Below are positions 63,185-64,000 of a stretch of DNA of 64,000 nt, in pieces; position 1 is the first letter of the stretch, and each line of letters starts with the position of its first letter. The stretch covers positions 544,001 through 608,000 of the forward strand of contig CAVZMH010000016.1 in the NCBI GenBank assembly GCA_963776345.1. Direction: 5' to 3'. The notes under the pieces were generated by a model that worked only from the letters and a program-made list of their open reading frames with translations, did no database searches and was not told where the DNA came from. The translations under genes were made by a program, and so were the position numbers. Source of the stretch: an uncultured delta proteobacterium. Its GTDB lineage: Bacteria; Myxococcota; Myxococcia; Myxococcales; Myxococcaceae.

Positions 63185-64000
63185 TCAGCGTACCTGACGG
63201 AGGAGCACCTTGGCCTCCGAGTTCCGGGGATCCAGCTTCAGCGCCGCCTCGAGATGTCGGCGCGCCACCGAGCCCATCCCCATCCGGAGGCAGATCTCCG
63301 CCAGGACGAGGAGCGACGGCAAGTGGTCCGCCCGGAGCGACACCGCCCGCTGGGCGAGCGTGCGGGCCTCACCGAGCGCGTGACCGGCCCGTAGCATCCA
63401 GCGCGCGCCCTCGAAGGCCGCGTCGGCACGCGAGGGGTCCAGCGACGAGGCGCGGGCATAGGCGTGCGCGGCGGTCTTGGTGTCCCCCAGCATCGCGGCG
63501 TCGCCCGCCCGCTGCATCTCCTCCTCGGCGCGCTGGGTCGCCAGCTGCTGCTTCGCCTCGGCCTCCAGCTCGGGCGCGCGGTCCTTCCCCAGGTTGCCCC
63601 CGAGCGACTTGGCCTTCTGGAGGAGGTGGAGCGCCTTGTCCGGCGCGGTGCGGAGCTGGCGCTGCGCCTCGTCGACCAGCGCGGTGGCCTGCGCCTTCCG
63701 GGCCAGGTACGGATGCCGCGCCAGCCGCGCCCGGCGCTCCTCGGCCCGGGGGTCCACCGCCGCGGTGTTGCCGGTGGCGCTCGAGCGGGTCGCGCTCGAC
63801 GGCGGCGGCGCCTGGCGATGCGCCTCGATGAGGGCCTCGTGCGCCTCGCTCAGCCGCTGGAAGATGCGGTCCAGCCGGGCCCGGTAGCTGCCCAGGTTCT
63901 TCCCGTAGTACCGGTCGGGGTGGAAGACGCGGCTGGCGTCGAAGTAGGCCAGCTTGACCGCCTCGGCGCTCGCCCCGGGCTTCAGGCCGAGCACCGTCCA
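63185..64000 (-). CDS. J-domain + TPR co-chaperone (5' end outside the window)
   Basis: LGLKPGASAEAVKLAY..FHPDRY..RLSEAHEAL; C-terminal TPRs ending LKLDPRN. Confidence 0.88.
   Translation of the reverse strand, partial: WTVLGLKPGASAEAVKLAYFDASRVFHPDRYYGKNLGSYRARLDRIFQRLSEAHEALIEAHRQAPPPSSATRSSATGNTAAVDPRAEERRARLARHPYLARKAQATALVDEAQRQLRTAPDKALHLLQKAKSLGGNLGKDRAPELEAEAKQQLATQRAEEEMQRAGDAAMLGDTKTAAHAYARASSLDPSRADAAFEGARWMLRAGHALGEARTLAQRAVSLRADHLPSLLVLAEICLRMGMGSVARRHLEAALKLDPRNSEAKVLLRQVR

Overview
High-GC chromosomal window from a myxobacterium (Myxococcota). The assignment is inferred from two cglB-like gliding adhesins, a DUF6178-like protein, a divergent DnaK paralogue and DGG-rich lipoproteins. 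Most of the window is core genome: the tRNA(Thr-Tyr-Gly-Thr)-tuf-rpmG-tRNA(Trp)-secE-nusG-rplKAJL-rpoBC cluster, rlmB, a rimK-like gene, hrpB, fdxA, asd, tRNA-Cys, gcvTHP, metF, folD, add, pyrD, engB and coaE. I found no CRISPR array, integrase or transposase. Three apparent small indels in G/C runs (moeB-like gene, a lipoprotein gene, rpoC) look like assembly errors. The strongest candidate for an undescribed system is at 2366-4257. A MoeB/E1-like adenylase lacks the N-terminal Arg-finger segment (RYxRQ). Downstream lie a TusA sulfur carrier and a degenerate E1-like domain that keeps RYARQ, lacks GxGxxG and is fused to a JAMM/MPN+ protease. This resembles a bacterial heterodimeric, split E1 in the manner of eukaryotic APPBP1-UBA3 or SAE1-SAE2. 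It sits directly upstream of a divergent APS kinase with a predicted sigma54 promoter and an Fe-S-type LarE sulfur insertase. Other notable items are the tandem cglB paralogues, a long rplA-rplJ spacer with a thrice-repeated 10-mer, a HadB-HadA-like fused dehydratase, and a DnaJ-TPR/DnaK/TPR module with RTTG repeats. All family assignments come from motif recognition, not database searches.
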